Shown here one piece after another: positions 55,001 to 64,000 of a DNA stretch of 64,000 bases. The stretch comes from Naegleria gruberi (Eukaryota). The position numbers were made by a program, and so were the translations under genes. The notes beneath the pieces were generated by a model. That model saw only the letters and a program-made list of their open reading frames with translations. It searched no databases and was not told the origin of the DNA. Positions within the stretch are counted from its first letter, which is position 1; each line of letters opens with the position of its first letter. Location of the stretch: assembly GCA_000004985.1 (NCBI GenBank), contig GG738858.1. One strand, written 5' to 3'.

Positions 55001-55230
55001 CTAAGGACATGTTAATGGCTGAATTAGTTCAACAAAAAGAAATTTATCAAAGAGCTATTATGAATAGGCACTGTAAGAAATCCAAGAAGCCTTCCTATAA
55101 CACTTGCAGATCGTCAGATATCAAAAAGTTCATCACTGGTTTGTGTGCTCTCAATCTTATGTATAATAATCATAACTTGAGCTTTGAAATGAGGAAGAAG
55201 TATATCTACCTGAATGAAATATCTGTCTAG
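52066..55230 (+). CDS. Large protein with an N-terminal S/P/N/Q-rich low-complexity half and a C-terminal HAT/TPR-like helical repeat array
   Basis: 1054 aa intronless protein. The C-terminal ~650 aa carry many W..L/A..E helical-repeat units (LWFAALRLYERKYDKAYD, WKVYFELAQFEERATN, YGPLWFHC), suggesting an RNA-processing-type HAT scaffold. No ortholog is assignable. Confidence 0.5.
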   Translation: MQTLSMPSTPTKPLHSVAQQQIAGMPSFCGSEQNNGAGTHPHHNLFMMNDYRQENNPHGPNTHGPPRLPANSNHIWDQCYSLPTNPQMSSFIPSNIMDDLCLSPTKVSASSGYSPFGGASKSIFNGKTESFHHTARKLDFDNVPSTHSSLFSSPTSQVAASSIQQQVRQNANSYELFTDNGKGSFVKPSIEYNQTQLFNKSVPNSYHTNYHPQSQPTWNNFQMAASAQPIQMYSNTGVQYRPYPIQPPFLENGGQNPHFPSKIPYAQPMPICGYQAIGTDVMSLTNSFHQCTLSDNELMPPPPPVFSKPGNQSKLRRSSCNSNSSCGLLLTEDENLNNPTIHHARASSSGSVELDGSNWHEPFEKAMQTNNLHPNGYSSVPNSPSRHKRNGSSGSNNASNVATLSINTNLVTNSSNDSSTPTSPSKKESVDDKQAFKDVQLLLKSNEKIGYESCRKILINHLYDPKCKLGSHMHWRVHMDLADLAKRENLLNDARKEFSMVNRMQPTASQGWLEHAKLEEESGNYEKCGKLLIEGLDKCRNNESLLVKAIKHFEQVDDLNTARSILGKLKGQKPETCWKILLEGALLESRANNVDVARKVFKYLMKNVPRHGPIYYEAFKLEEKCEQFEQALNIVEQGLIANPRYGPLWFAALRLYERKYDKAYDIETKESCLNDVRQCIARAAKNISKELKWKVYFELAQFEERATNLQLARKAYSKSAVKALENLRWKVWLAGSRTELNAGNIEISRMLLNRALQEVPAKTKAVVLIECARLEEFCNNLEKAREFLNRAKYEAKHEWKVFLESILLEMRAGDTDKATNEAKEALEIHRGTGRLWAVLIQLKHMKGDIAECYQVFKEALEEVPKSGEVWCEGARIALNPLSPKFSLEKAKRYLNFAIKFTPQYGDSFIEYLRLELLTRGPSVPSSAAAPTSSSVTNSTVAIQEYIENMCVNADPNYGPLWFHCKTHPLDSTKQVLRRAKDMLMAELVQQKEIYQRAIMNRHCKKSKKPSYNTCRSSDIKKFITGLCALNLMYNNHNLSFEMRKKYIYLNEISV

Positions 55231-55697
55231 TTATTAATAAAGAAGCTTCCTTTTTAATGTCCTCTCTAAAAAATGTCATCCTTTTTTCGGCCTAGTCTCC
55301 TCTCTAGAAGATCTGTTCCAAGTATTGATTATATTATTAAGCATCATTCAGAAAACAAAGCGGATAACCTTATCAAAGAAAATGAAAAATTAATTAATGA
55401 GGAAAAACTAGCAACCCATTCTGAAAATTGTTTCAGTTGTAATAATTTAGAATTGGATGATGAAAATACTACAGAAAATCCTGATCTTATAAGCGGAATT
55501 GAAAAAGAATAATATCAATCCTCAACAGTATATCTGTAAAAAGACATAGCTATTCTACCAATTGGTCAAAATACTCCAAACAATCCATCTGGTTTAATAA
55601 ACAAAAATTCTTTTGGTGTATCAGATTTCAAATCTATTCCAATTTTTTGTTCAATTTTTTAAGACGACTAAATTTTTCTCTCTTCATTACTTTATTT

Positions 55698-57004
55698 TTA
55701 CAAAATAAGTTTAACGGTTCTTAAAATCAAATAAGCTGACATTAATAAAAAACCAAACTGTAAAATCTTGATACTTCTTTTAGATGGAAGCCTATTGGTA
55801 TGTTCTGAAATACTTGTCAGAAAAGCTTCTCTAGTTGACATTGGACTATATCCTAATTCTGTCATAGCCTTTTCAGATGAAAATGAATGATTTTGCTCCA
55901 TACAATCTACACAGTTAATAAATAATCACAAAGTTTACCTACCGATGGTCTCCGGAGCAAACAAAAATGATGCTCTTCCAAATCCAAAAATTGTAGATCT
56001 TGTCCAATTAATAATTGGTGAAACATATTCAATAAAAACCCTAAACCATGGCAGTGGTATAGAAAATAAAGGTCTTGGCCATCCAGTAGCCTCACATGTA
56101 CAATCAATAGCCTCCTTCATTGTCATTGATTGACTTGGTCCAATTATAAACAAGTTGTTTGATGAAATATTACTCTCTAAAGCCTTATTGATGCATAGAT
56201 CAATGCCTTTGCAAACATCGTTGACATGTACAAAACTTACTTCACCTTTTGCGCAGTCTCCAGGGTAAACTATTGAATTAAGGCTGATTTTTTCAGAATG
56301 ATAATAACAGATCACTTACCCGAAAGCACTTGCTTGTATCAATTCAAATGCTGCATAAGTGTCGTTTCTTCCTGTTACTCCTGTTAATCTCAAAATATAT
56401 AAGTGCTTTGGAGATCCAGATTTCAACATATAATTGTCCATCATTTCTTGTAGTTTTTTCTCTGTTTCCAGTTTTGTCTTTCCGTATTCGAAACTAGGTT
56501 CACATACAGAAGTTTCATCCATTGGTTTTCCTCTCAATTTAGAATATCCCATAGCAGCTTCATTGTTAGAAGAAAATTTAACCCAATCTTCTTACCTTGT
56601 GTAGATGTATAAATAAACACTTTCTTTTCTTTACTATCAAGAAACTCCTCAAACATTTTGACTGATGAGTCAATGTTAATTCGTCTCATCCTTTCAACTT
56701 GCTCTTTATTAAATGGATGAAAGTCCATTATAGCAGCAAGATGAATAACAGTTTGGCTGTTCTCATTATTCTTGTCAAACAGGTTTTTGATAGATAAATG
56801 ATCATCTAGAGAAAAATTAAAATTCGAAATATTTGAGCATATTTGTGAAGAGTTAGTTCTCCTGTTTGCACTGATCACTAGATAATCCTTCTTTGCTAAA
56901 TATTCGACTAAATGTCTGCCAATAAATCCAGTAGATCCTTTGATCAAACGTTAGTGGATCACCCAAACAAAAAACCTACCTGTTACAATCACTCCTTGTC
57001 TCAT
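55698..57004 (-). CDS. 3-beta-hydroxysteroid dehydrogenase/decarboxylase family SDR (NSDHL/ERG26-like)
   Basis: Five exons (minus strand) at ~57004..56980, 56937..56596, 56557..56320, 56269..55943 and 55906..55698, with introns of 42, 38, 50 and 36 nt. The joined protein reads MRQGVIVTG|STGFIGRHLVEYL...VFIYTSTQ|AAMGYSKL...YGKTKLETEK (YxxxK)...QASAF|VYPGDCAKGEVSFVHVNDV...APETIG|DCMEQ... and ends in a hydrophobic C-terminal TM. Confidence 0.8.
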
Positions 57005-57053
57005 CAATAATTTTTTTTAGTTTATTTTTAGGACCATCATTTAAAAAAAAACA

Positions 57054-57677
57054 ATGCGCACAAGATATAAATCTTTCAAAAGCGAAAAAATTAAGGAAAA
57101 GAATATTGAGGTTGGTGATGAAGATGAGGATGAGGTGATGCACCCTGGTGTAAATACGAAAGAAATCAATATTGTCTCTTTGGAAGGACAAAAACAACAA
57201 CACAACAGAAATAATCTTAATACTCCTCAATTTATCAATAACCAACCACTAACAACAAACACAACTCAAAAACTTGATTCTTTTGCAGCTCTGGCCATGA
57301 GGAAAAAACAATCTCCATCAAATCTGTATACTAATAATAATTGTCCTAACAAAACATCAACCATCACACAAACCACTACAGCAGCACATGAGGAAACAAG
57401 AATACGTTCCACTAGTTCTCTACCAGCTGTTGAGCACCAACCCATGGCAGAATCAAACCCTGTGGATATTGCAACTTCCAACAAAGATGATAAGACAAAA
57501 GAAGAATCCACCACCAGAAGAAGAGCCTTTTCCCTTCAATTTTTTAAAAAGAAAAATGTGGAAGAAATTGAGCAAAAGAAGCTTGAAAAGAATGAAAAGA
57601 AGTTTGATCTGAAGAAAAAAGAAAACTTTTCCTTTGAAGATTTTTATGTAAGGGAAAAAAGCAATAAACTTCATTAA
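57054..57677 (+). CDS. Hypothetical low-complexity basic/acidic protein, 207 aa
   Basis: ATG-start ORF, K/E/T/N-rich, 50 bp from the divergent NSDHL-like start. Confidence 0.35.
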   Translation: MRTRYKSFKSEKIKEKNIEVGDEDEDEVMHPGVNTKEINIVSLEGQKQQHNRNNLNTPQFINNQPLTTNTTQKLDSFAALAMRKKQSPSNLYTNNNCPNKTSTITQTTTAAHEETRIRSTSSLPAVEHQPMAESNPVDIATSNKDDKTKEESTTRRRAFSLQFFKKKNVEEIEQKKLEKNEKKFDLKKKENFSFEDFYVREKSNKLH

Positions 57678-57720
57678 AGATTACAAACACAGGTGAAGAA
57701 TTTTTTGTTTATTTAGTCAT

Positions 57721-58875
57721 TTAGAGTTGGAGAGTCTTTGGTTGTTCCCATGGGAATTCGCTTCTACCAAAGTGACCATAAGCAGCAGTTGGTGAGTAGA
57801 TTGGGTTCATCAAGTTCAAATCCTTAATGATGTGATATGGTCTCAAATCAAAGTTCTTATTGACAATAGCCAAAATATCAGCATCAGTCTTACCGTTCAA
57901 AGCAGTACCATAGGTATCAACGTGAACAGACAATGGGTGAGCAATACCAATAGCATAGGCAACTTGAACCAAACATCTCTTAGCCAAACCAGCAGCAACG
58001 ACGGACTTAGCAACCCATCTTGCAGCATAAGAAGCAGATCTATCGACCTTAGATGGATCCTTACCAGAGAAAGCACCACCACCGTGAGCACCCCAACCAC
58101 CATAAGTATCAACAATAATCTTTCTACCAGTAAGACCAGCATCACCTTGTGGACCTCCGATAACGAATCTTCCAGATGGGTTAAGATGGTAAATAGTAGC
58201 ATCATCCAACAAATTGGCTGGAATAACTGGAACAATGACGTGTTCCTTCAATGACTTTTGGATTTCTTCGTTGGAAACAACTTCGTCGTGTTGAGTAGAA
58301 ATCAAGAGGGTAGAAACTCTCTTTGGAGTGAGGTTACCACCTTCCTTAACATATTCAACGGTGACTTGAGTCTTACCGTCAGGTCTCAACCATGGGAGAG
58401 TACCATTCTTTCTGACTTCAGTAAGTCTAGCAGCCAACTTGGAGGCCAACAAGTGAGACAATGGCATCAATTCTGGAGTTTCATCAGAAGCATAACCGAA
58501 CATGAGACCTTGATCACCAGCACCTAATTCTTCTTCAGTACGACCAACGTGGACACCACCAGCAATATCAGGTGATTGTTGTTCAATAGCAACCAAAACG
58601 TTACAAGTCTTATAATCGAAACCCTTGCTTGAGTCATCGAAACCAATCTTCTTGACAGCTTCTCTGACAATCTTTTGGAAGTCCAAAATAGCCTTGGTGG
58701 TAATTTCACCGAAAACCAAGATCATACCAGTCTTACAACAGGTTTCACAAGCAACCTTGGAGTATGGATCAAGAGCCAAACAAGCATCGAGGACAGCATC
58801 AGAGATTTGGTCGCAAATCTTATCTGGGTGACCTTCAGTAACAGATTCTGAGGAGAAGTGGAAAGTTTCAGGCAT
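57721..58875 (-). CDS. S-adenosylmethionine synthetase
   Basis: 384 aa intronless protein. Near full-length colinearity with MAT: [31 protein letters not shown], the P-loop-like [16 protein letters not shown] and [12 protein letters not shown]. Codon usage marks it as highly expressed. Confidence 0.95.
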   Translation of the reverse strand: MPETFHFSSESVTEGHPDKICDQISDAVLDACLALDPYSKVACETCCKTGMILVFGEITTKAILDFQKIVREAVKKIGFDDSSKGFDYKTCNVLVAIEQQSPDIAGGVHVGRTEEELGAGDQGLMFGYASDETPELMPLSHLLASKLAARLTEVRKNGTLPWLRPDGKTQVTVEYVKEGGNLTPKRVSTLLISTQHDEVVSNEEIQKSLKEHVIVPVIPANLLDDATIYHLNPSGRFVIGGPQGDAGLTGRKIIVDTYGGWGAHGGGAFSGKDPSKVDRSASYAARWVAKSVVAAGLAKRCLVQVAYAIGIAHPLSVHVDTYGTALNGKTDADILAIVNKNFDLRPYHIIKDLNLMNPIYSPTAAYGHFGRSEFPWEQPKTLQL

Positions 58876-59475
58876 TTTATATGTGGTGTTTTTTTTTCAA
58901 CGAACAAAAACAAATTTTCGGGTTTGCTGCGAGTTTTTCAACTCAACAACATTACTGAACAAGTGACCGCTTTGAAGAACAACGCAGCATCGTTCTAAAG
59001 AGCATCACTGCGAAAATTTCACTCATGTCATCTTGTTATCTTTGAAAATTGTAATAATATATTGAAAGAAGAATGAATATGTGGAAATTCACAAGGGTGT
59101 GTGAAAAATTCAACTTTATCATTGAAGGCACAAATGTACTATGGAAATATCAATGTACAGGTGGTGACCGCAACAAGATCTCTCAAAAAAAAGCTCCCGG
59201 CCACGTCAGAAATGCAAGTTTACTATTGTAAAAACGGTGGTTGGCCGTTAAAAACTTTTTGATTGGATCTTCTCGGACTTGTAAAATTTCCATGGAAATT
59301 TTTCGTGGTTGGGAAATTTGACAATTTTACAGTAATTTAGAAGCCTCAATAGGAATAATTGAAGCTGGTGGAAATACTTCTTAATACTCATCATGCTCAA
59401 TTATGATTAATTCACAGTGAACTAATTTAATACAATAATATAATATTTATTAATAGAATCAATTTTGAAAAAAAA

Positions 59476-60093
59476 ATGGGATTTGAATTTAGAAGATTTA
59501 AACCACTCACTTCCGAAGAGTTTCATCACAACTTTACTGAATATCAAAAAATGGAAGAGAAAAATGATGTGTATTTAATTGTTGTGGATAAGGAGGGAAA
59601 TAGTGTTATTCCCGAAACTATTGGAATTAAACTTGCTTACATGTCACAATTTGAAATTAAAATTCGTAAAAAGAGAAAGAAATCTGGCATTGAAAAATGG
59701 AAGAAAATTCACTGTTTTTCAGAGAAGGTTGATTTATCTGATCAGGATAATCTACTCAAGAGTATAGAGAACCAATTAAAGATGAATCAAGTTTCGGATC
59801 TGGCACTCAGTTCAAATCATCACAGGGTTGTCTCAGCTAAAACTTGTAAAATTAGAAGAAATTATAGAAATTATGAGATTGCTTTCTTTTCATTGAAATT
59901 TGAGGATATGAACGAAACTCTTTATTTTAAATCAGTAAATATTGAGGGAGAGAAAAAGTTTAAAAAAATTGATAAGCAACTAGTTGAAAAGGATCTACCA
60001 CTCTCATCTCAGGATGCTCAGGTTTTAACTTGTGGTTATCCAGAATTGCTTTTAAGGAAATATTTGAGTGTAAAATCAAATATTCTAAATTAA
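59476..60093 (+). CDS. Hypothetical protein, 205 aa
   Basis: ATG-start ORF. Its stop overlaps the NMD3 stop in a TTAA palindrome. Confidence 0.4.
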   Translation: MGFEFRRFKPLTSEEFHHNFTEYQKMEEKNDVYLIVVDKEGNSVIPETIGIKLAYMSQFEIKIRKKRKKSGIEKWKKIHCFSEKVDLSDQDNLLKSIENQLKMNQVSDLALSSNHHRVVSAKTCKIRRNYRNYEIAFFSLKFEDMNETLYFKSVNIEGEKKFKKIDKQLVEKDLPLSSQDAQVLTCGYPELLLRKYLSVKSNILN

Positions 60094-61540
60094 ATAGTCC
60101 AAGCTTCCAATAATTCCTCAAGTCTAACTCTAGGATTCTTTCCATCACTATCAAATTTAATCTTACTTGCAATAGAACCAGAATTTTCATGTTTGAACAA
60201 CATGACTTTGGATCTCATATCTTGATCTTCTTCAAGATCATTCAAGAATGCATCATAATCATTTCCTTCAGGGTCCATACAGAAATGGTGTAACTTCCAA
60301 ATTCTTTGAGTTTCCCATTCATACTTCTTTTTAACAATAATAACATCTGGTAAAACAAGTTTCTTGTAACTTGCAAGGTCATCACTATTGAGATTAGCAT
60401 TCTTCAAATCATATCCATAAACAGTATCTCCAACTTCTAGCAATTGAGTAATGTGACAGAATGTTTGAACATCTGGAGCAACACCTAATTCTGATGTCTT
60501 GACAAGAGACACTTCACTGAGTTGGAATCTGCCAGCTTGAGCAGAAATTGGCCTTCCTTTTTGATTCTTTTTCACCTCAATATCATTGATAGTATATTCA
60601 GCAAGTTGGGTAACTGACAATAGAGCTCTAAATGGTGATTGGAAATAGTTTTGAGCAGTAATTTCAAAATCTATAATTTTTCGTATTAATTGATATTTGA
60701 ATAATTTAAAACATACTCTTGAGTGTGTATGGATCAATGAAGAATAAGCTATTTGTCACCTTATAACAAATAACAAGAGGACTATTTTCAAATTTCAGAA
60801 ATCAATTAAAATTGATTAAATACATACCCAATTTGTCCACTACTGTTAAATAATCTTTGTGGTAAACAAACCAAATCTCCTACACAAATTGGAGCTATTT
60901 CAATGAAATATTGCTCATTGTGTTCAGTTGTAGGTCCTTCCAATGATGATGCCCCTCCAACAGCACCAATTCCTCCTCCTAATTTACCTTTTTGGAATGC
61001 ACCTGTCATTACTGACTTATTTTCCAAATCTCTTATTGGCATTAAATTATTGATTAATTTGATAAACTTGATGACATTTGAACCTTCTTCTTGTGATTGA
61101 TTTTCTCCACCTCCTTCTTTTTGCATTTCCTCGTTCAATTCAGAATAGGCATTTGGTTTATAATAAATATCAAAACCATGAGCAACTTTTTCAAAATGTA
61201 AATGTGGGAATTTTCTTGTAATTTGATGTTTTAACATTAATTGTTCAAAGAAGAATAAATTTCTTTCGTGAGATATCTTTTGACGAATTTGTACTACCGG
61301 CTTATCGGAAGAGTCAACAGTAACCTTCTTCTTTTTCTGATTAACACGATTGGCCTTCTTTCTCTTTTTTGAAGTGAAAGCTTGTTCTTGATAATTATTA
61401 CCTTCATGTACTTCAGTATCTTCAAATTCTGAAATATTCATCATGTCCACATTCTTTCTCTTTTGAGTGTTTGCCTTTTCCGATGGCTGTTTCTTGGTTG
61501 GTGGTTTTTTGTGGCCTTTACCAGTTGCTTTTTGTCTCAT
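60090..61540 (-). CDS. NMD3-family 60S export adaptor homolog lacking the N-terminal Cys4 zinc-finger domain
   Basis: Three exons (minus strand) at ~61540..60828, 60748..60717 and 60670..60090, with introns of 79 and 46 nt (GTATGT donors). It aligns colinearly with the NMD3 middle and C-terminal domains: ...VVQIRQKISHERNLFFFEQLMLKHQ...HGFDIYY...IEIAPICVGDLVCL...GQIG|LFFIDPYTLK|NFEITAQNYFQSPF...LGVAPDVQTFCHITQLLEVGDTVYGYDL...PDVIIVKKKYE. The N-terminus is a K-rich 95-aa segment with no CxxC pairs. Confidence 0.65.
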
Positions 61541-61888
61541 GTTTTTTTTTGAAGTTGGTTTTTTGAATTTTTATTATTTTCTATCGATTTTAAAGAGAAT
61601 TGATTCACAAACCACAATAAAAGAGTGTTGCATGGGAGAATAAGATTTTGGAGAGTTTGATATTTTAGAGAATACTTGATTTTCTAATGATGATAGACAA
61701 AGTTAAATTCATGCGTGTCAACAGATGTACCTTGATAGATAATACTCATTCCATTCCTGATATTTTTCACTTTTTGCGATAACTATTCCATGGAAGAAAT
61801 GCAATAGTATTCAAGTTGTGCCAAGAATAAATTCAAGAGAATGAAAGAATATATTAAATAATTATATTATTGTTACAATGGGGTTTGA

Positions 61889-63050
61889 TTATTGTGAACT
61901 AGATCCATTTTGACCATTCTCTTCTGTTGGACGATTTCGAAATTCGTTCAAATATACAATAAACTTAAATATTTGTTTCAAATAACGTTCTACAGACATT
62001 ATTTCCAATATGTTGTTGTGACCGGCATAGTCAATAAATAGAGGTGTATATTTGTATTTCACTTTTTGTTGAAGTGATTCTCCATGATCGAAAGGAACTA
62101 CTTCATCTACCTTTCCGTGGATTATAAATACTGGACATTTAACCTTGTCTATCCTATCTATATTTCGGAACATATCAAAGAAAATCTTCTTGCTTGTGTT
62201 CACTTTTATACGCACTACTGATGTGAATGGACTTTGCAGAATAACTCCTCTAAAGTTTGAATTTTCTTTTGAGGCAATATACGTGCTTGGTCCCGTTCCA
62301 AGAGATGTTCCAAACCTATTGTTTTTTCATATTGTTGTTATCATCATTATCATCAAGAAAATGTTATTGTTGTTGTTATTATTATTATTATAATGAAAAG
62401 ATATTGGATCATCACAAGAAAGAGGATATGTCAACACTCATAGATTAAATACTTACACTATGATTCTATCCTCTGAGAAACCTCTTTCTTTCTTTAAATA
62501 TTTAACAGCTGCTTCTATACTTGCGTAAACTCTAGGCTCAGAGCAAGTCACTTTTGGTTCTGAAATACCATAACCTTGGTATTCATATCCACAAACGTTG
62601 ATCTTAAGTGAACTTCTAAGTAATTCCAGATAGGGCATTGTTTGACCCAAATCTGTGGCATTACCATGACTATACAATAAACAAAGATCAGATCTGTTTA
62701 TCATCCAAAATTCATGATGGAATGACCATCCGAAAGTAATGACGTTGTATTTTAATTATCATCACATAATAATTAAAATATTTTAAACCAGGTCATTCAA
62801 TTAGCCATCATATTACAAATAATAATAATATCATTATTAAAATATTGTTGTTGTTGTTCGTACGAGAGGTAATCAAAAATTTGATCTTACCCTTTACATT
62901 CCAAAAAAACAAGTGGTACCTTGACATTAACTTTCTGTCCTCTTTCATCTACTACTTTCTTATCTTCACATTCCAGAAAGATGTACTTGTCGCTCTTCGT
63001 ATAACTTGCAGGTTCTGGAGGTTGAAATAATAGACGAGAAATGAGACCGC
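61889..63050 (-). CDS. Alpha/beta-hydrolase ABHD17-like (FAM108-like) protein; 5' exon junction unresolved
   Basis: A 3' exon at 61889..62315 (VFGTSLGTGP with GxSxG; CPVFIIHGKVDEVVPFDHG; AGHNNI) and a middle exon at ~62457..62705 (LCLLYSHGNATDLGQ...YEYQGYGIS...DRII|) are joined by a 141-nt intron rich in (ATT)n/(AAC)n. The 5' exon at ~62890..63050 (MGGLISRLLFQPPEPASY...ERGQKVNVKVPLVFLECKG) has a GTAAGA donor in phase 1. No in-frame AG acceptor precedes the HGNA exon. Confidence 0.6.
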
Positions 63051-63715
63051 CCATTTTTTTAATTATTTTAAATTAAAAAATCAATTTTCCAACAGACAAA
63101 CAACTTCTTTCGAACATCGAAAGTCATTGACCTTCTCTCTCAAGACCAAACACAGGAAAATCAATCTAAACAAGTGCATGTACTAAAGTATTTCCCCTCA
63201 TTGCTATGATCAGTTAAGATCTCAAGTATTAGTTGAATTTTTTGAATCAAACTTAAGGCACAAAGTATTATATCCTTGAACGATCGGACGAACATTTTAT
63301 TGATCGAATTGGAGAGTTTTGTCTCCGTTACTCAATCTTCTCCAAAGTTCCTTGTCAACATGGTCTTTACAATTATTGATGGGCAAAATTATGCCAAGCA
63401 GGTTTGAAGACATCTCGATGAATTGTTTTCTGAAAATGCATTCTTAATAGATTTGCTCATGTATTGTCCAAAGAAAGGCAAGTTTATCTTTTAATCGAAC
63501 CGAATTGGCAACCTTTCCTAGTTAAAACGATTCATCTACAATTTTCTCATTCTTTTCAATTCTTCCAATAATCTTTGAATAACAAAAAATTCATTGAATT
63601 TTAGTAACTAAAGATTGCATTCGATCTTCTTGAATAAGAGAAACAAAAACTCTTCACAATTTTTCATCATGATTTCTAAACAAATCAAAATCACTTCAAC
63701 AAAATTGAATAAAAA

Positions 63716-64000
63716 ATGACTCATCACCCTACAGGAAATTCTCAACATGACAACTCTAATAATTCGGAACAAGGAGGAGCACCTCTTTCATCGGATGTTA
63801 ATAGTAGTAGTAATGGACAAGCAGTTGTTAAAAATCAAGAACCTTTTTATAAAAGTGTAGATTTTAAAAGATTTTTGAGATTTGGAATTATTGATACTTC
63901 TATTTTGATGCTTTCTCTTGTTGCTGGTGTGTCAATTGAAGGATATATTGCCAAGAGAATTGGAGTGAGTGGATTTGGTACTATTGTTGGAGGTTAGTGT
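63716..64000 (+). CDS. N-terminal part of a membrane protein (partial; continues beyond the window end)
   Basis: An N/S-rich N-terminus is followed by hydrophobic segments GIIDTSILMLSLVAGVSIEGYIAKRIGVSGFGTIVGG. The ORF is open at the window edge. Confidence 0.3.

Noticed and set aside
60749-60827. An apparent 11-nt intron (GTGACAAATAG) and a VLLLFVI micro-exon in the NMD3 gene that seemed to align with human NMD3
   Set aside because: 11 nt is below any plausible intron size. Re-reading the donor as ATTGG|GTATGT (phase 2) gives a single 79-nt intron and the junction GQIG|LFFIDPYTLK, so the extra alignment was coincidental.
1-64000. Prokaryotic-type elements (operons, CRISPR arrays, RBS, rho-independent terminators), rRNA, tRNA and transposons
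   Set aside because: The window is eukaryotic (spliceosomal introns, eukaryote-specific genes). I saw no direct-repeat/spacer arrays, no tRNA T-loop or acceptor-stem patterns, no rDNA-like conserved stretches, and no TIR, LTR or reverse-transcriptase or transposase ORFs. Microsatellites (ATT)n, (TTG)n and (AAC)n are present but short.

Overview
This is a 64 kb stretch of nuclear DNA from an AT-rich, very gene-dense eukaryote, about 67% AT and roughly 90% coding. Stops are standard (TAA, TAG, TGA). Introns are numerous and tiny, about 36-100 nt, with GTAAGT or GTATGT donors and AG acceptors; I inferred all of them by eye from splice motifs plus conservation. Several proteins are N/Q/S/T-rich low-complexity. 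Highly expressed metabolic genes show C-ending codon bias. These traits fit an amoebozoan (dictyostelid-like) or an early-diverging or Taphrinomycotina-like fungus, but the species cannot be assigned from sequence alone.

I found no prokaryotic features, CRISPR arrays, rRNA genes, tRNA genes or transposons. I can support about 47 protein-coding genes on both strands, all ordinary eukaryotic housekeeping, trafficking and metabolic functions, plus one structured-RNA candidate. Metabolism and mitochondria: ETF-ubiquinone oxidoreductase (ETF-QO), succinyl-CoA ligase beta, SAM synthetase, 6-phosphofructo-2-kinase/fructose-2,6-bisphosphatase (PFK-2/FBPase-2), a sterol-dehydrogenase-like (NSDHL-like) 3-beta-hydroxysteroid dehydrogenase, a GSA-aminomutase-like class III aminotransferase, a renalase-like oxidase, phytochelatin synthase and a glycoside hydrolase family 5 (GH5) endoglycoceramidase-like enzyme. 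Trafficking and signalling: two transmembrane 9 superfamily (TM9SF) nonaspanins, two Rab-family GTPases, the VAMP7-like R-SNARE, a DHHC palmitoyltransferase, the GTPase GPN3 and a penta-EF-hand (PEF) protein. Nuclear, RNA and protein turnover: proteasome beta3, CDC20, Arp4, a USP12/46-type deubiquitinase, the ribosome export factor NMD3, the tRNA-modifying transferase Rit1 and the release-factor methyltransferase Mtq2.

The ORF track starts ORFs at non-ATG codons (TTG, GTG) rendered as M, so I re-derived true ATG starts where I could. My manual coordinates may be off by 1-2 nt, and I noted one concrete 1-nt disagreement with the ORF track in the 43921 line.

The points most worth a second look are:
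- Convergent gene pairs end on shared or abutting stop codons, including a palindromic TTAA used as the stop for both strands at 11202-11205 and at 60090-60093.
- Three head-to-head pairs have start codons only 10-50 bp apart.
- A sub-threshold 37-residue single-TM ORF sits immediately behind a 5'UTR intron at 9235-9348.
- The Rab5-like gene contains an 8-nt micro-exon and has an unresolved P-loop exon structure.
- The NMD3 homolog lacks the canonical N-terminal zinc-finger domain.
- An alpha/beta-hydrolase (ABHD17-like) gene cannot be assembled with canonical in-frame splicing.
- A P450-like remnant lacks the heme-binding loop.
- A GC-richer ORF-free island ends in a T7 run and may be a Pol III-type ncRNA.
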